Below, piece by piece: positions 18,194 through 28,888 of a stretch of 64,000 nucleotides of DNA. This stretch comes from Candidatus Woesebacteria bacterium (lineage in GTDB: Bacteria; Patescibacteriota; Microgenomatia; UBA8517): NCBI GenBank assembly GCA_020061305.1, contig JAGUYM010000014.1, forward strand, positions 49,372 to 113,371, written 5' to 3'. The notes below the pieces were generated by a model. That model saw only the letters and a program-made list of their open reading frames with translations. It made no database searches and was not told where the DNA came from. A program made the position numbers and the translations under genes. Position 1 is the stretch's first letter; the number at the start of each line of letters is the position of its first letter.

Positions 18194-18999
18194 ATATTTT
18201 TCAAATCGCACTGGTTCAACCATTAACCAACGGCCTTATACTTTTTTATAACTTACTTTTTCAAAATATGGGCCTCGCAATTATTGGTTTTAGCTTGTTT
18301 TTAAGATATATTACAAATCCTTTAACTAAACCATACATGAATTCGATGAAGAAAATAAAAGAGATCGAGCCCTTAGTTGCCAAATTAAAGAAAAAATATG
18401 CAAATGACCCTAAAAAACTTATGCAGGCACAGACAGAGCTTTATAGGCAGAAAAAGATTAACCCAGGTTCAGGATGTCTCCCTTATCTTTTACAGATAGT
18501 AATTTTGATTGCCCTTTTTAATGTGTTTACCCAAGTGCTTTCCCAAAACGGAGACACATTAACAAAACTTAATCAAATGCTTTATGCTCCACTTAAATTT
18601 TCTGAAAACTCTACTTTGAATACAAGTTTTTTGTATTTAGATGTTAGGAAGCCAGACATCTTTAAATTTGCAAACATTCCCTTTCCAATTCCCGGCCCCC
18701 TATTAATTCTTGCAGGTCTATTACAATTCTTTTCTGCCAAAATGATGGCCCCTGTTGTTAGGGCTGAACAGAAGATTGCAAAAAAGACCATGGGAGAGGC
18801 TGATGATATTGCAGCTTCAATGCAGTCCTCAATGATTTATATGTTTCCTGTAATGACTATTATATTTGGTGTTAATTTTCCATCAGGACTTGCTCTTTAT
18901 TGGTTATTGTTCTCTGTTTTTCAAATATACCAGCAATATAAAACTTCAGGTTGGGGTGGACTTACCCCTTTAATTCAGAAGCTTGGTTTGCTAAAATAG
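18190..18999 (+). CDS. yidC: YidC/Oxa1 membrane insertase
   Basis: GLAII, KKKY--D, INP-SGCLP-LLQ, FPSGLALYW. ATGA overlap with yidD. Confidence 0.95.
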   Translation: MNIFQIALVQPLTNGLILFYNLLFQNMGLAIIGFSLFLRYITNPLTKPYMNSMKKIKEIEPLVAKLKKKYANDPKKLMQAQTELYRQKKINPGSGCLPYLLQIVILIALFNVFTQVLSQNGDTLTKLNQMLYAPLKFSENSTLNTSFLYLDVRKPDIFKFANIPFPIPGPLLILAGLLQFFSAKMMAPVVRAEQKIAKKTMGEADDIAASMQSSMIYMFPVMTIIFGVNFPSGLALYWLLFSVFQIYQQYKTSGWGGLTPLIQKLGLLK

Positions 19000-19009
19000 C
19001 TTTACCAAC

Positions 19010-19453
19010 ATGAAAGACGAGCTGACAAACATCACCAAAGATCTACTGACTTTAATAGAAACTCAAGCCGAGATAGAGGTTGTTGAAAACGAAGACTCGT
19101 TGGATGTGAATTTTTCAAACACCCAAGACGCAGGACTTTTAATCGGATTTAGGGGTGAAAATATTAGTGCTTTTCAAACAATTCTGGCTATGATTTTGAA
19201 GCAAAGAACGGGCGAATGGAAAAGGGTAAATGTAAACATTGGAGATTATAAAGAAAAACAGGAAGAGAAACTTAAAAATTTGGCAGAGCAGTCTGCTAAT
19301 AGGGCAGTTGAAACCGGCAGTGAAGAACCAATTTATAATTTAACTCCTTCACAACGAAGAATAATTCACATGTATCTCTCCGAGAGAAAAGATGTAGTAA
19401 CAGAATCCGTAGGGGTTGAACCGGAGAGGTATTTAGTGGTAAAACCTAAGTAA
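19010..19453 (+). CDS. jag: Jag/KhpB RNA-binding protein (KH + R3H)
   Basis: GLLIGFRGENI KH motif and RRIIH R3H motif. Confidence 0.9.
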   Translation: MKDELTNITKDLLTLIETQAEIEVVENEDSLDVNFSNTQDAGLLIGFRGENISAFQTILAMILKQRTGEWKRVNVNIGDYKEKQEEKLKNLAEQSANRAVETGSEEPIYNLTPSQRRIIHMYLSERKDVVTESVGVEPERYLVVKPK

Positions 19454-19454
19454 T

Positions 19455-20537
19455 GTGCCAGCACTGTTTAAACTTTTAGCTTTTACAATTCCGATTCAGC
19501 TTTCGCTTCATTTTGACTTTTGGGATTCAACGGTTTACGGATTTAAAATTGATTATCTAATTTCCACCTTTTATTTATCAGACATTTTAGCATCCTTGGT
19601 CATTCTGTTTGGAATTAAGAATATAAAGCTCAGTATTAAGCATTATGTATTAAGTATTATGTATTTGGCCTTTGCCTTATACAATATTCATAATTCATTA
19701 TTCATAATTCCTGCAGTTTATCGTTGGTTTAAAATAACTGAAATGCTTCTTTTAGGTTTAGTAATAATAAACTACAAAAAATATAAAATTTTTGAATATT
19801 TTGTTAAACCATTATCCTACTCAATTATGATGGCTTGTATCTTAGGTATATTGCAGTTTATTAACAATGGTTCAATAGGTGGGTTATTTTATTTATTAGG
19901 TGAAAGAAGTTTTAGTTTCATTGAACCGGGTATAGCTCCTTACCCTTATTCATTTTTTCCTCATCCAAATGCCTTCGCAGGATTTTTACTTGTTTTTGGA
20001 ATTTTTGTCTTGCAATACAGAAAGAAATTTAATAAAAAATATTTTTGGTTATTGGCAATATTGGTTGGTATTAATTTGATTTTAACAAATTCTTTAAATG
20101 TATATATTACTGCAGCTTTGCTGTTGGTCATTAGTCAGAAGTTTTTAGTCTTTAGTTTTGTTTCACTTGATTTTTTACCAAGATTTGTTTCGCACCGGAT
20201 AGAACTCATAAATTCATCAATTCAAATGATTAAAGACAACTTCTGGTTTGGTGTGGGTTTAAATAATTTTATTCCAAATTTAGTAAAATATTCAAAAAAC
20301 TTTTTATATTCATGGGAATTACAACCTGTTCACAACATATTTTTACTTGTTTTTAGTGAGCTTGGAGTTGTTGGCTTTATTGCATTTTGTTTTCTTGTTT
20401 TTTCTTCGCTATCAGCTATTCGCTATTCGTTATTCGCTGTGATAGTCACAGGATTATCAGATCACTATTGGTTGACTCTTCAACAAAATATGCTTCTGTT
20501 TACATTTGTCGTTGCTTTGTCTAAAATCAAAAAATGA
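19455..20537 (+). CDS. O-antigen ligase (Wzy_C)-like membrane protein
   Basis: FPHPNAFAG, FGVGLNNF, PVHNIFLLV-SELG; multi-TM. Confidence 0.8.
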   Translation: MPALFKLLAFTIPIQLSLHFDFWDSTVYGFKIDYLISTFYLSDILASLVILFGIKNIKLSIKHYVLSIMYLAFALYNIHNSLFIIPAVYRWFKITEMLLLGLVIINYKKYKIFEYFVKPLSYSIMMACILGILQFINNGSIGGLFYLLGERSFSFIEPGIAPYPYSFFPHPNAFAGFLLVFGIFVLQYRKKFNKKYFWLLAILVGINLILTNSLNVYITAALLLVISQKFLVFSFVSLDFLPRFVSHRIELINSSIQMIKDNFWFGVGLNNFIPNLVKYSKNFLYSWELQPVHNIFLLVFSELGVVGFIAFCFLVFSSLSAIRYSLFAVIVTGLSDHYWLTLQQNMLLFTFVVALSKIKK

Positions 20538-20962
20538 AAATATATTGTGATGGGGGGTCGAGAGGAAATCCAGGTCCGGCTGCAAGTGCCTTTGTAGTTT
20601 TTGATGAAAAAGATGAATTAGTCCATAAAGAGTCAAAATATTTAGGTGTTACAACAAATAATGTTGCAGAATACAACGCTGTTTTACTTGCCACAAAATG
20701 GCTCGTAGAACCGTCAACAGTCAAAAGTAAAAAGTCAACAGTAATAGTGAACTTAGACAGCCAACTTGTAGAAAGACAACTTAATGGTTTTTATAAAATT
20801 AAAAATGAAAATTTGATGAAATTTGCTTTGGAAATAAAAAATATAATCAAAGTAAATAATTTAAATTTAAAATTTATTTGGAATTATAGGACTAATAACA
20901 AACTAGCCGATAAATTAGTTAATGATATATTGGACGATGTTCAACGGGAAAACAAGCAATAA
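20534..20962 (+). CDS. rnhA: Ribonuclease HI family protein
   Basis: IYCDGGSRGNPGPAA, TNNVAEY, DSQLV, N--AD-L-N. Confidence 0.93.
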   Translation: MKIYCDGGSRGNPGPAASAFVVFDEKDELVHKESKYLGVTTNNVAEYNAVLLATKWLVEPSTVKSKKSTVIVNLDSQLVERQLNGFYKIKNENLMKFALEIKNIIKVNNLNLKFIWNYRTNNKLADKLVNDILDDVQRENKQ

Positions 20963-21019
20963 TTTTTGTTTTAACAAAATAAATACACTTCGGTAATTTT
21001 TATATGGTAAAGTAGATAG

Positions 21020-23527
21020 ATGAATGATTATGACCAAATAGTAGGTATATATTCACCTAAAAATTTTCTTACCCTAAAATTAAAGGAAAGATTTGAGGAA
21101 AACTATTTAGAAGTAGTAGTTTTTAAAAATTTTTATGATGTTGATTTTTCAAAATTTAGTTATTTAATAATTAATTTACTTGACGAAGCAATTGATAAAG
21201 AGAGTGTCAAAAAAATAATTTCAGACTTAGACATAAAAATTGTAATCTTAAACAAGCTCTACACTGAAAAATCTAAAAAATATTTAGAAGATTCTTATCT
21301 TTCAGAACTTTTAGAAATTAACTCAAGCATTGAAATAATTTTAATCCCGGAAGTCATAGGAGAGGGTGCTGATTATAATCAATTGTGCGTTTTACACAAT
21401 TTAATCGTTCAAACAGCTACTAGTGAAAGAATAAAAATAAGTGAAAACTGGGGGCCTATTAGTACTGTCAGTTATAAAAAACTGGTTGATAGAGTGGCAC
21501 ATGAGCTATTTACCTTTGGCGGAGCAGGTAAAAAAATCGCCCTGATTGGGCCAAGAATAACCCCCAAAAGTTTTGCCTCTAAAATTTTGGGGGTAGATAA
21601 TCAAAACATTTTAATTACAAGAGAAGCCAATAATGTAGCTTCTTTAGAATATGATGCCACAATTACAGTAACGTTTTCGCTAAAACTTGCTGTTTCTAAA
21701 ACAAAATTTTCACTTGAAAAATCACCAAAAAAAGATGTCTTGTCAACTCAAAAAACAATACCAAAAAAAATATTTACCGGTGTTTACAAATTTACATTTC
21801 TGATTATTGGATTGTACTTAATTCCTGTAATATTGCTTTTAGTTTCCACTCTTACCCTACTATTGTCTAGTAGTCTAATATTTAAAAATACAAGTTTATC
21901 ACTGAAACTTGCCGAAACATCCAAACTTACTGCCAATATGGTAACCAACCTTGATTATGGCAATAAAGGTCTATATCCCCTTGCACAAATTGTTTATAAA
22001 TCTAGTGATATTTTTAAGTCCACTGTGGAACTATCTCTTTTTTTGACAGCTTTCGCTTCAAAAATACTTCAGAATGAGACTTATGATCTTTCATCGTATT
22101 CAGATGAAGTTTCGGCCTCTCTTGACCAACTGTATACAAGTGTAAGTTTTTTGCAAAGCGATGTTGAGGGTCTATCAGGGAAGATTGGAAACAGAATCAG
22201 ACTAAGTATTGAAAAAAGAGGTCTTGATATGTTTAGCTATAAATCGAAAATATATTTTTCTAAAATTCTGGCTTCGAGATTAGATCACCTTTTAGGTGTC
22301 AATAAACCTTCTAAATATCTAGTATTATTTCAAAATAATATGGAGCTTCGTCCAACAGGAGGATTTATCGGTTCTTTTTCACTGGTCACACTTGATAAAG
22401 GCAGGCTTGCAGATTTCAGTGTTTACGATGTTTATGATGCTGATGGGCAATTAAAAGGCTATGTAGAGCCACCTCAACCAATTAAAAATCATTTAAATGA
22501 ACCGGCATGGTACATGAGAGATGCCAATTGGGACCCGGATTTTTCTTCTTCTTCTGAAAAAATTGAATGGTTTTTGGACAAAGAGTTGGGGGTTTCTGTT
22601 GACGGTGTTATTGCTGTTGATCTTAATTTAATAGAGGACCTAGTTAAATTAACTGGACCGTTAACACTTTCTGATTATGGAAAAACCATTGATTCAAATA
22701 ACTTTTATCAGACTACTCAGGCTGAAACAGAAAGAGACTTTTTTCCGGGCAGTAAAAGGAAAAAAAATTTTCTTTCTGAATTGTCTAGAGTTTTATTAAC
22801 AGAAATTACTTTAATAAAGCCCACAAATTACTTAAATTTTGCGCGAGTAGTATATGAAAACTTTGAAGGAAAACATATTCAAATTTACCTACACGACGAG
22901 TATGCGCAAGATGCAATTAAAGGTTTAGACTATTCAGGTTCAGTTAATACCGCTATCGATTGTGGAGTGAGATGTTTAAATAATACATACATGCTTGTTG
23001 ACGCAAATGTGGGTGTAAACAAGGCCAACCAATATGTAAACAGGTTTCATGAATTCACTCAAACGCTAGACAAGAATGGTCTGTCGAATCAGCTTCTTGT
23101 AAATTACAAAAATAATGCAAGTTCACAATTAGGGCCTCAAGCGTTATATAAAACTTATACCAGACTAATTATACCTAAAGAGGCTGTGGTTTCAGGAGTA
23201 AGGCTGTATGACAAAAATAGGAGCGATTCGTTTTTGGATCTTAATTATGATTCAAGCTTGACAGATAACGGGCTTGAATTGGGATTCTTGCTTGATATTT
23301 TGGCGGGAGGAGAAAAAATGCTTCAAGTTGAGTGGAAGATTGAAAATAAAAGTTTGGAAAGTGGTGGAGAATTGAGAACACACATAATAAAACAAGCAGG
23401 CACAAAGGCAGATGTTGTTTATTTAAAAACCGCAGGTAAAGGATTGGCCTTGACCGGAGGAGAGGATAGAGTTTATAATACAGTCCTTACGAAGGATTTT
23501 AGACAGAAGTTCTTCTTTAAAAAATAA
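21020..23527 (+). CDS. DUF4012 domain membrane protein
   Basis: YLVLFQNNMELRPTGGFIGS, RDANWDPDF, VDGVIAVD. Confidence 0.85.
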   Translation: MNDYDQIVGIYSPKNFLTLKLKERFEENYLEVVVFKNFYDVDFSKFSYLIINLLDEAIDKESVKKIISDLDIKIVILNKLYTEKSKKYLEDSYLSELLEINSSIEIILIPEVIGEGADYNQLCVLHNLIVQTATSERIKISENWGPISTVSYKKLVDRVAHELFTFGGAGKKIALIGPRITPKSFASKILGVDNQNILITREANNVASLEYDATITVTFSLKLAVSKTKFSLEKSPKKDVLSTQKTIPKKIFTGVYKFTFLIIGLYLIPVILLLVSTLTLLLSSSLIFKNTSLSLKLAETSKLTANMVTNLDYGNKGLYPLAQIVYKSSDIFKSTVELSLFLTAFASKILQNETYDLSSYSDEVSASLDQLYTSVSFLQSDVEGLSGKIGNRIRLSIEKRGLDMFSYKSKIYFSKILASRLDHLLGVNKPSKYLVLFQNNMELRPTGGFIGSFSLVTLDKGRLADFSVYDVYDADGQLKGYVEPPQPIKNHLNEPAWYMRDANWDPDFSSSSEKIEWFLDKELGVSVDGVIAVDLNLIEDLVKLTGPLTLSDYGKTIDSNNFYQTTQAETERDFFPGSKRKKNFLSELSRVLLTEITLIKPTNYLNFARVVYENFEGKHIQIYLHDEYAQDAIKGLDYSGSVNTAIDCGVRCLNNTYMLVDANVGVNKANQYVNRFHEFTQTLDKNGLSNQLLVNYKNNASSQLGPQALYKTYTRLIIPKEAVVSGVRLYDKNRSDSFLDLNYDSSLTDNGLELGFLLDILAGGEKMLQVEWKIENKSLESGGELRTHIIKQAGTKADVVYLKTAGKGLALTGGEDRVYNTVLTKDFRQKFFFKK

Positions 23528-24195
23528 TGACAAAAATAAAGCTGGAATATAAAAAAAGGAATGTTTTTGGGAAAAAAGTAAAGAATTTAAGAAAAGAAGG
23601 TTTAGTTCCCGCTAATATTTTTGGTAAAAAAATTAAATCAGAAAGCATAACAGTTGATTTAAAGGAATTTAAAAGCGCATTTGAAAAGGCAGGGGAAACT
23701 CAAATTATTGATTTGTCTGGAAAACCGGTTTTAATATCCAATGTACAGCTTGATCCAGTAGAGGGAACGCCAATCCATGTAGATTTTAGAAAGGTTGATT
23801 TAACTGAGAAAATAAAAGCCAGTGTGCCAGTTGTTGCTGATGGCGAATCTCCAGCTGAAAAACAAGGCTTGGGTGTTGTTGTTTTGCAACTCCATGAAGT
23901 TGAGGTTGAAGCTCTTCCTGCTGACCTTCCTGAAAAAATTGAGATTGATCAAGAAGTGTTGACTGATGTTGACCAGGCAATATATGTAAAAGACCTAAAA
24001 GTGAGTAAGGGGGTTGAAGTTTTAAATGATCCTGAAGCAATAGTTATTAAAGTTGAGCCACCACAAAAGGAAGAAGAACCGGAGCCAGTCCCAGAACCTA
24101 CCGAAGGCCCAGAAAGCGAATCTCAAACGGAGGGTGAGAAGCCAGCAGAGAGTGGTGAGGCTAAGGCTGAAAATAATTTGGATCAATCTGCTTAA
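23527..24195 (+). CDS. rplY: 50S ribosomal protein L25/Ctc
   Basis: GKKVKNLRKEGLVPANIFG, HVDF, acidic tail. Confidence 0.95.
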   Translation: MTKIKLEYKKRNVFGKKVKNLRKEGLVPANIFGKKIKSESITVDLKEFKSAFEKAGETQIIDLSGKPVLISNVQLDPVEGTPIHVDFRKVDLTEKIKASVPVVADGESPAEKQGLGVVVLQLHEVEVEALPADLPEKIEIDQEVLTDVDQAIYVKDLKVSKGVEVLNDPEAIVIKVEPPQKEEEPEPVPEPTEGPESESQTEGEKPAESGEAKAENNLDQSA

Positions 24196-24433
24196 CTTTG
24201 TCCGCTCTTCCAAGTTCTAGCCATCCATCAATATAGTCGGGGTGTTTTTCAACAAAATCTTTCCAGAATTCTTTATTTGTATCGTTTGTTGTTTGTACTC
24301 CCAAAACTTTTGATTTGTCTTGATCTAATTTTTGCAAATTAAAAATTGAGAGAAGAAGAATAAATATGGTGCAGAGAATATAAATTAAATAAATAAAATC
24401 TTTTGAATAATTAGCCCTTTTCTTTTTTGCCAC
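24161..24433 (-). CDS. Small membrane-anchored hypothetical protein
   Basis: N-terminal TM and HPDYIDGWLELG motif; overlaps the valS end. Confidence 0.7.
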   Translation of the reverse strand: MAKKKRANYSKDFIYLIYILCTIFILLLSIFNLQKLDQDKSKVLGVQTTNDTNKEFWKDFVEKHPDYIDGWLELGRADKVKQIDPNYFQP

Positions 24434-26495
24434 TATTCATATTAGGCCAAGTGGAGGTGGTCAGTAAAGTATTATTTCCAAGCTCTTTCCAGCACGCTTC
24501 AGTTACAAAAGGCATGAAAGGATGAAGAAGTTTAAGAAAAATTTTCAATCCATATTTTAGATCTTGTTGTAATAATTTGTCGTGTTTTGCATCTTCAATA
24601 CATTTGTCACAGTACCAATGCCAAAATTCATTATAAACCACTTCCGCCGCCTGATTAAGTTTGTATTGTTCCATGTATTTTGTTGTTTTATTAATTATGG
24701 TTTTAAGTTTCAAGTTATAATTCTTATTTTTGAATTCCTTGATTTCTTGAGTTTTTTCATTTTGTTTTACGAATCGGGTTGCATTCCAAATTTTGTTGGC
24801 AAAATTTCTCATTCCCTTAATTTTTTCTTCTGAATAATTTTGGTCATTTCCTGCCCCCGCCCCCTGAATAAGCGACATGCGAAGTGCATCTGCTCCATAT
24901 TTTTCTACTGTTTCCAGTGGATTTATTACATTTCCCTTGCTCTTGCTCATTTTTTGACCCCTTGAATCCTTGACAATTCCGTGAAGATAGACAGTTTTAA
25001 ATGGTACCTTTTTTGTAATATAAAGACCCAGCATCATCATTCTAGCTACCCAAAAGAACAAAATATCATATCCAGTTTCCATAATATCCAATGGGTAAAA
25101 CTTTTTGTAATCTTTCCCGTTTGGGAAACCTAATGTTGCAAACGGCCATTGTCCAGAAGAAAACCATGTATCAAAAGTATCTGTATCTTGAACCCAATCA
25201 CTTCCTTCTGGCGCTATCCCGTCAGTAACAACCCATTCGCCTGTTGTTTTATTTTTCCATGCAGGTATTCTAATACCCCAAACAATTTGGCGGCTAACAT
25301 TCCAATCTCTGATGTTTTCAAGCCAGTTGAAATAAATTTTCTCAAATCTTTTTGGTATTATTTTTGTTTGAGACCTTTTTACAGCTTCAATTGCAGGAAT
25401 AGCTAACTCTTTGGTTCTGATGAACCACTGCTCCATTGGTAGTGGTTCTAGAATATTTGCACACTTGTAGCAAATCCCAACAGAATTTGTAAATTCTTCC
25501 ACTTTTTCTAAATAGCCGTCATTTTTTAGCTTTTCAACAATATCCTCGCGTGCCGTTACTGCTTTTTGACCTTCAAATTTGCCTGCCTCTTTAGTTAATT
25601 TGCCCTTTAAATCAATTACCTGTATCTTTTCTAGACCATGCTTTTTGCCTAATTCAAAATCGTTTTCATCATGAAGAGGTGTAACCTTTAATGCTCCAGT
25701 TCCAAAGTCCATTTTGACATAGCTATCTGAAATTATTGGCATTTCTCTGTTATTCAATGGGTTTACTGCAAAAAGTCCTATAAATTTTTTATATCTTCTG
25801 TCTTTTGGATTAACTGCTATTGCAGTGTCCCCAAATATGGTCTCAGGTCTGGTTGTAGCAACAGTAATTGTATCTTTTGAATCTTTAATTCTATACTTAA
25901 CAAAATATAATTTTGATACTTTTTCTACATGTTCTACTTCCAAATCAGAAAAAGCAGTACCATGCTTGATGCAGTAGTTAACAAGTTTTATGTCTCTATA
26001 AACAAGCCCATCGTCATATAGTTTTTTAAATGTTTTATAAACAGTTTTGACTATATCATCATCCAATGTAAACTTCATTTTTGACCAATCAAGAGAAAAA
26101 CCAAGCCTTCTTAATTGATTTTCCATTGTGCCACGATTGCTTTGTACAAAATCCCAGATATTTTTATAAAGTGTATCTCTATCGAAATCAAACCTGCTTT
26201 TACCCTCTTTCTCAAGATGTTTTTCATAGACCACCTGTGTTTCAAATCCTGCATGGTCGGCACCAGGAATCCAAACTGTGGAATCTCCAATCATTCTGTG
26301 ATATCTAATCAAAACATCCTCAACTGTGTACATGGCGTGGCCATAATGAAGTGCAGCGTTGGCATTGGGAGGTGGGAGGACTATTGAAAACGGACTTTTG
26401 ACTTTTGACTTTTGAATTGGCTTAAACGCGCCAGTATTTTCCCAATTTTTATATATCTTTTCCTCGTGTTCCCTATGATCGTATTTCGAGTCCAT
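24411..26495 (-). CDS. valS: Valyl-tRNA synthetase (short form)
   Basis: PPPNANAALHYGH, ATTRPET, DFGTGALKVTP, KMSKS. Confidence 0.96.
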   Translation of the reverse strand: MDSKYDHREHEEKIYKNWENTGAFKPIQKSKVKSPFSIVLPPPNANAALHYGHAMYTVEDVLIRYHRMIGDSTVWIPGADHAGFETQVVYEKHLEKEGKSRFDFDRDTLYKNIWDFVQSNRGTMENQLRRLGFSLDWSKMKFTLDDDIVKTVYKTFKKLYDDGLVYRDIKLVNYCIKHGTAFSDLEVEHVEKVSKLYFVKYRIKDSKDTITVATTRPETIFGDTAIAVNPKDRRYKKFIGLFAVNPLNNREMPIISDSYVKMDFGTGALKVTPLHDENDFELGKKHGLEKIQVIDLKGKLTKEAGKFEGQKAVTAREDIVEKLKNDGYLEKVEEFTNSVGICYKCANILEPLPMEQWFIRTKELAIPAIEAVKRSQTKIIPKRFEKIYFNWLENIRDWNVSRQIVWGIRIPAWKNKTTGEWVVTDGIAPEGSDWVQDTDTFDTWFSSGQWPFATLGFPNGKDYKKFYPLDIMETGYDILFFWVARMMMLGLYITKKVPFKTVYLHGIVKDSRGQKMSKSKGNVINPLETVEKYGADALRMSLIQGAGAGNDQNYSEEKIKGMRNFANKIWNATRFVKQNEKTQEIKEFKNKNYNLKLKTIINKTTKYMEQYKLNQAAEVVYNEFWHWYCDKCIEDAKHDKLLQQDLKYGLKIFLKLLHPFMPFVTEACWKELGNNTLLTTSTWPNMNSGKKEKG

Positions 26496-26552
26496 AAATG
26501 TATTTTAACCTAAAAACTTGATTTTTGCAGAAATAGAGAGTACATTATGCTA

Positions 26553-26792
26553 ATGTCAAAAGAATTTACAGAATTTACTCCCAGGTTAATAGAGGATAGT
26601 ATAAGTTTGCTCAGTTATGCTTATAGATCGCGGATTAAGGTTGGTAAATTGGCTGATGGTGTTTCTGTGGTAGAGATGAATCCAACAAAAACAAATGCGT
26701 ATATATGTTATTTCGAAAATCTAGAAAATTGTGGAAGATGCACTATAAAAAAATGTCCATCCAATAATAACCCAAATAAAAAAGAGGGTTAA
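26553..26792 (+). CDS. Small hypothetical protein with Cys cluster
   Basis: TACATT 6 nt before ATG 26553; C-x6-C-x2-C-x4-C. Confidence 0.6.
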   Translation: MSKEFTEFTPRLIEDSISLLSYAYRSRIKVGKLADGVSVVEMNPTKTNAYICYFENLENCGRCTIKKCPSNNNPNKKEG

Positions 26793-27823
26793 AGACTAAG
26801 TCTTGGATTTATGTCAACATCGTCGATGTTTTTATATTTAGCATTTAGTTTTTGATTCTTAAGATATGCTGTTGTTCCAATCATTCCTGCATTATCTCCA
26901 GTTAGCCTTATACTGTATGGTATATGCATTATGATGTTATTTTTTCTACAAATTTTGCGAAGTTTTTTTCGCAGTTCAACATTCGCTGATACTCCACCCC
27001 CAAGTAACATATGGCTTATAGTATATGGCATATTGCTAATTTGGTACTCAAGAACACGGCAAATATGTTCGAAGGCTACGGATTGAAAACAAGCGGCGAG
27101 ATCGTAAATATCTTGTTTTGTTGGATTTTTAATAGTTTCAAAAAGTCTCACAAACGCAGTTTTTAAGCCAGAATAACTAAATCTATTTTTCTCTTTATCA
27201 TTTATCAGGGGAATTGGAAGTTTAAATCTATTAGGATTTCCATGTTTTGCCATTTTTTCTAAAATAGCTCCCCCTGGATAACCAAAACCTAAAAGTCTTG
27301 CAGACTTGTCTAAAGCTTCACCTAAGGCGTCATCAGAAGTTTGAGCCAATATCTCATATTCACCAATATTTTTGATTAAAACCAACATTGTTGTTCCTCC
27401 AGAAAGCACCAAACCGAAACTTGGAAATTGGAAATTTTTACTTATGACTTTTGACTTGGGACTTGCAATCGGAGAGAGCAGATGACTTTCTATATGATTT
27501 ACGGGAATTAATGGTTTGTTGTATTTTTTGGCTAATTCTTTTGCATAATTCACGCCAACTGACAAGGCTATTGCCAACCCTGGACCAGTTGTTACTGCAA
27601 CAGCATCGATATCCTTAAGAGCTTTATGTTTTTTGCCTAATGCTTTATATACAACAAACTCAATACGCTCGGTGTGCATACGTTGGGCAAGGCTAGGGAG
27701 TACTCCTCCAAAGCTGGAGTGGAGGCTAGATTGCGACCAAACCACATTCGAAAATATCTGGGATTTGTGCGTAACTGCTGCCGCAGTCTCATCGCAACTT
27801 GTATCGATGGCTAATATATTCAT
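26789..27823 (-). CDS. tsaD: tRNA N6-threonylcarbamoyladenosine transferase TsaD
   Basis: ILAIDTSCDET, GPGL, VNHIESH, DDALGEALDK, DNAGMI. Confidence 0.96.
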   Translation of the reverse strand: MNILAIDTSCDETAAAVTHKSQIFSNVVWSQSSLHSSFGGVLPSLAQRMHTERIEFVVYKALGKKHKALKDIDAVAVTTGPGLAIALSVGVNYAKELAKKYNKPLIPVNHIESHLLSPIASPKSKVISKNFQFPSFGLVLSGGTTMLVLIKNIGEYEILAQTSDDALGEALDKSARLLGFGYPGGAILEKMAKHGNPNRFKLPIPLINDKEKNRFSYSGLKTAFVRLFETIKNPTKQDIYDLAACFQSVAFEHICRVLEYQISNMPYTISHMLLGGGVSANVELRKKLRKICRKNNIIMHIPYSIRLTGDNAGMIGTTAYLKNQKLNAKYKNIDDVDINPRLSL

Positions 27824-27826
27824 AAA

Positions 27827-28888
27827 CTACAGATTTCCCCAAATAATTAGTCTTTCAGTTTCACTTTTCCCATAAGAGATTTTTACCCAGACAATAATTG
27901 CATCTTCGCTGTAACTTCTGATCAATTCACTCACTCTATCTGCCCATTCAATTGCAATTACGCTTTTGTCACCGATTAACCTTTCAAATTTTAAACTTTT
28001 CGTTTCTTCGGAAGCTTTAAGCATTCTCCAAGTATCGATATGAATCAGTCTGTAGTCGGCAGTCTGTAGTCGGTAGTCAGACAATAAGTCATAGCTTGGA
28101 GAGGTTATTTCTTCCCTAATTCCCATCGTTTTTGCTAACCCTTTTACGAATTGTGTTTTACCAGCTCCCATTTGACCCTCTAATGCAAATATAATTGCTC
28201 TTTTGCCTGCAAATTCTTGATATTTTTGCCACAATTCTTTGGCTATGTTTTGTGTGTTTTCTTCGTTTCTACTTAAGACCTCATTTTTGTCTTTTAGTTT
28301 AAGATCCCCCTGCCTTAGGATAACAGCTTCATCGTCAAGTGTTGTGTCAATGACAGTTGATGGCTCATTTTTTGGAAGTTCACCTACATCTATTATTAAA
28401 TCTATTAATTTTTTTTGTTTGTCTGAAATATTTTTAAAAATGTCAGATATTTTATAAGGCCTTTTTTGATAACTAGCGTTAGCTGAAGTTGCGACAATGG
28501 GTCTTCCAAATTCTTTTATAAGTTTTAGTAATTTTAGGTAATCAGGTATCCTAATTCCAAGTGTTCCTGTTTCTGACTCAATTCCTTCTGCAAGTTTATG
28601 CTTGCTTTTTGATATTACCGTAAGTGGTCCTGGTAAAAATTTTTTATATAAGTCTTTAGCGGTTTTGTTTAAATAAACATAGCTTTGAGCCATTTTCTGT
28701 GAGGAACACATTATCGCATATGGTTTTCCCAATGGCCTTTGTTTGTAATTGTTCAGTTTCACTACAGCTTCTTGATTTTGACTATCGACTGCAATACCGT
28801 AAACAGTCTCACAAGGAAAAATTACGGTGCCACCCGAATTTAGAATCTTAATGATTAATTTATTATCGAAATCATTTATGGTTTTCAT
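27827..28888 (-). CDS. Fused TsaC (Sua5/YrdC) - TsaE (YjeE) protein
   Basis: N-terminal FPCETVYG, KQRP, PGPLT, TSAN, PSTVID; C-terminal ALEGQMGAGKTQFVKG, ITSPSY, HID-WR, IEWA. Confidence 0.9.
   Translation of the reverse strand: MKTINDFDNKLIIKILNSGGTVIFPCETVYGIAVDSQNQEAVVKLNNYKQRPLGKPYAIMCSSQKMAQSYVYLNKTAKDLYKKFLPGPLTVISKSKHKLAEGIESETGTLGIRIPDYLKLLKLIKEFGRPIVATSANASYQKRPYKISDIFKNISDKQKKLIDLIIDVGELPKNEPSTVIDTTLDDEAVILRQGDLKLKDKNEVLSRNEENTQNIAKELWQKYQEFAGKRAIIFALEGQMGAGKTQFVKGLAKTMGIREEITSPSYDLLSDYRLQTADYRLIHIDTWRMLKASEETKSLKFERLIGDKSVIAIEWADRVSELIRSYSEDAIIVWVKISYGKSETERLIIWGNL

Noticed and set aside
24411-26495. Truncated valS as a pseudogene
   Set aside because: Catalytic, editing and anticodon-binding motifs are intact; only the C-terminal arm is missing, consistent with a naturally short form.
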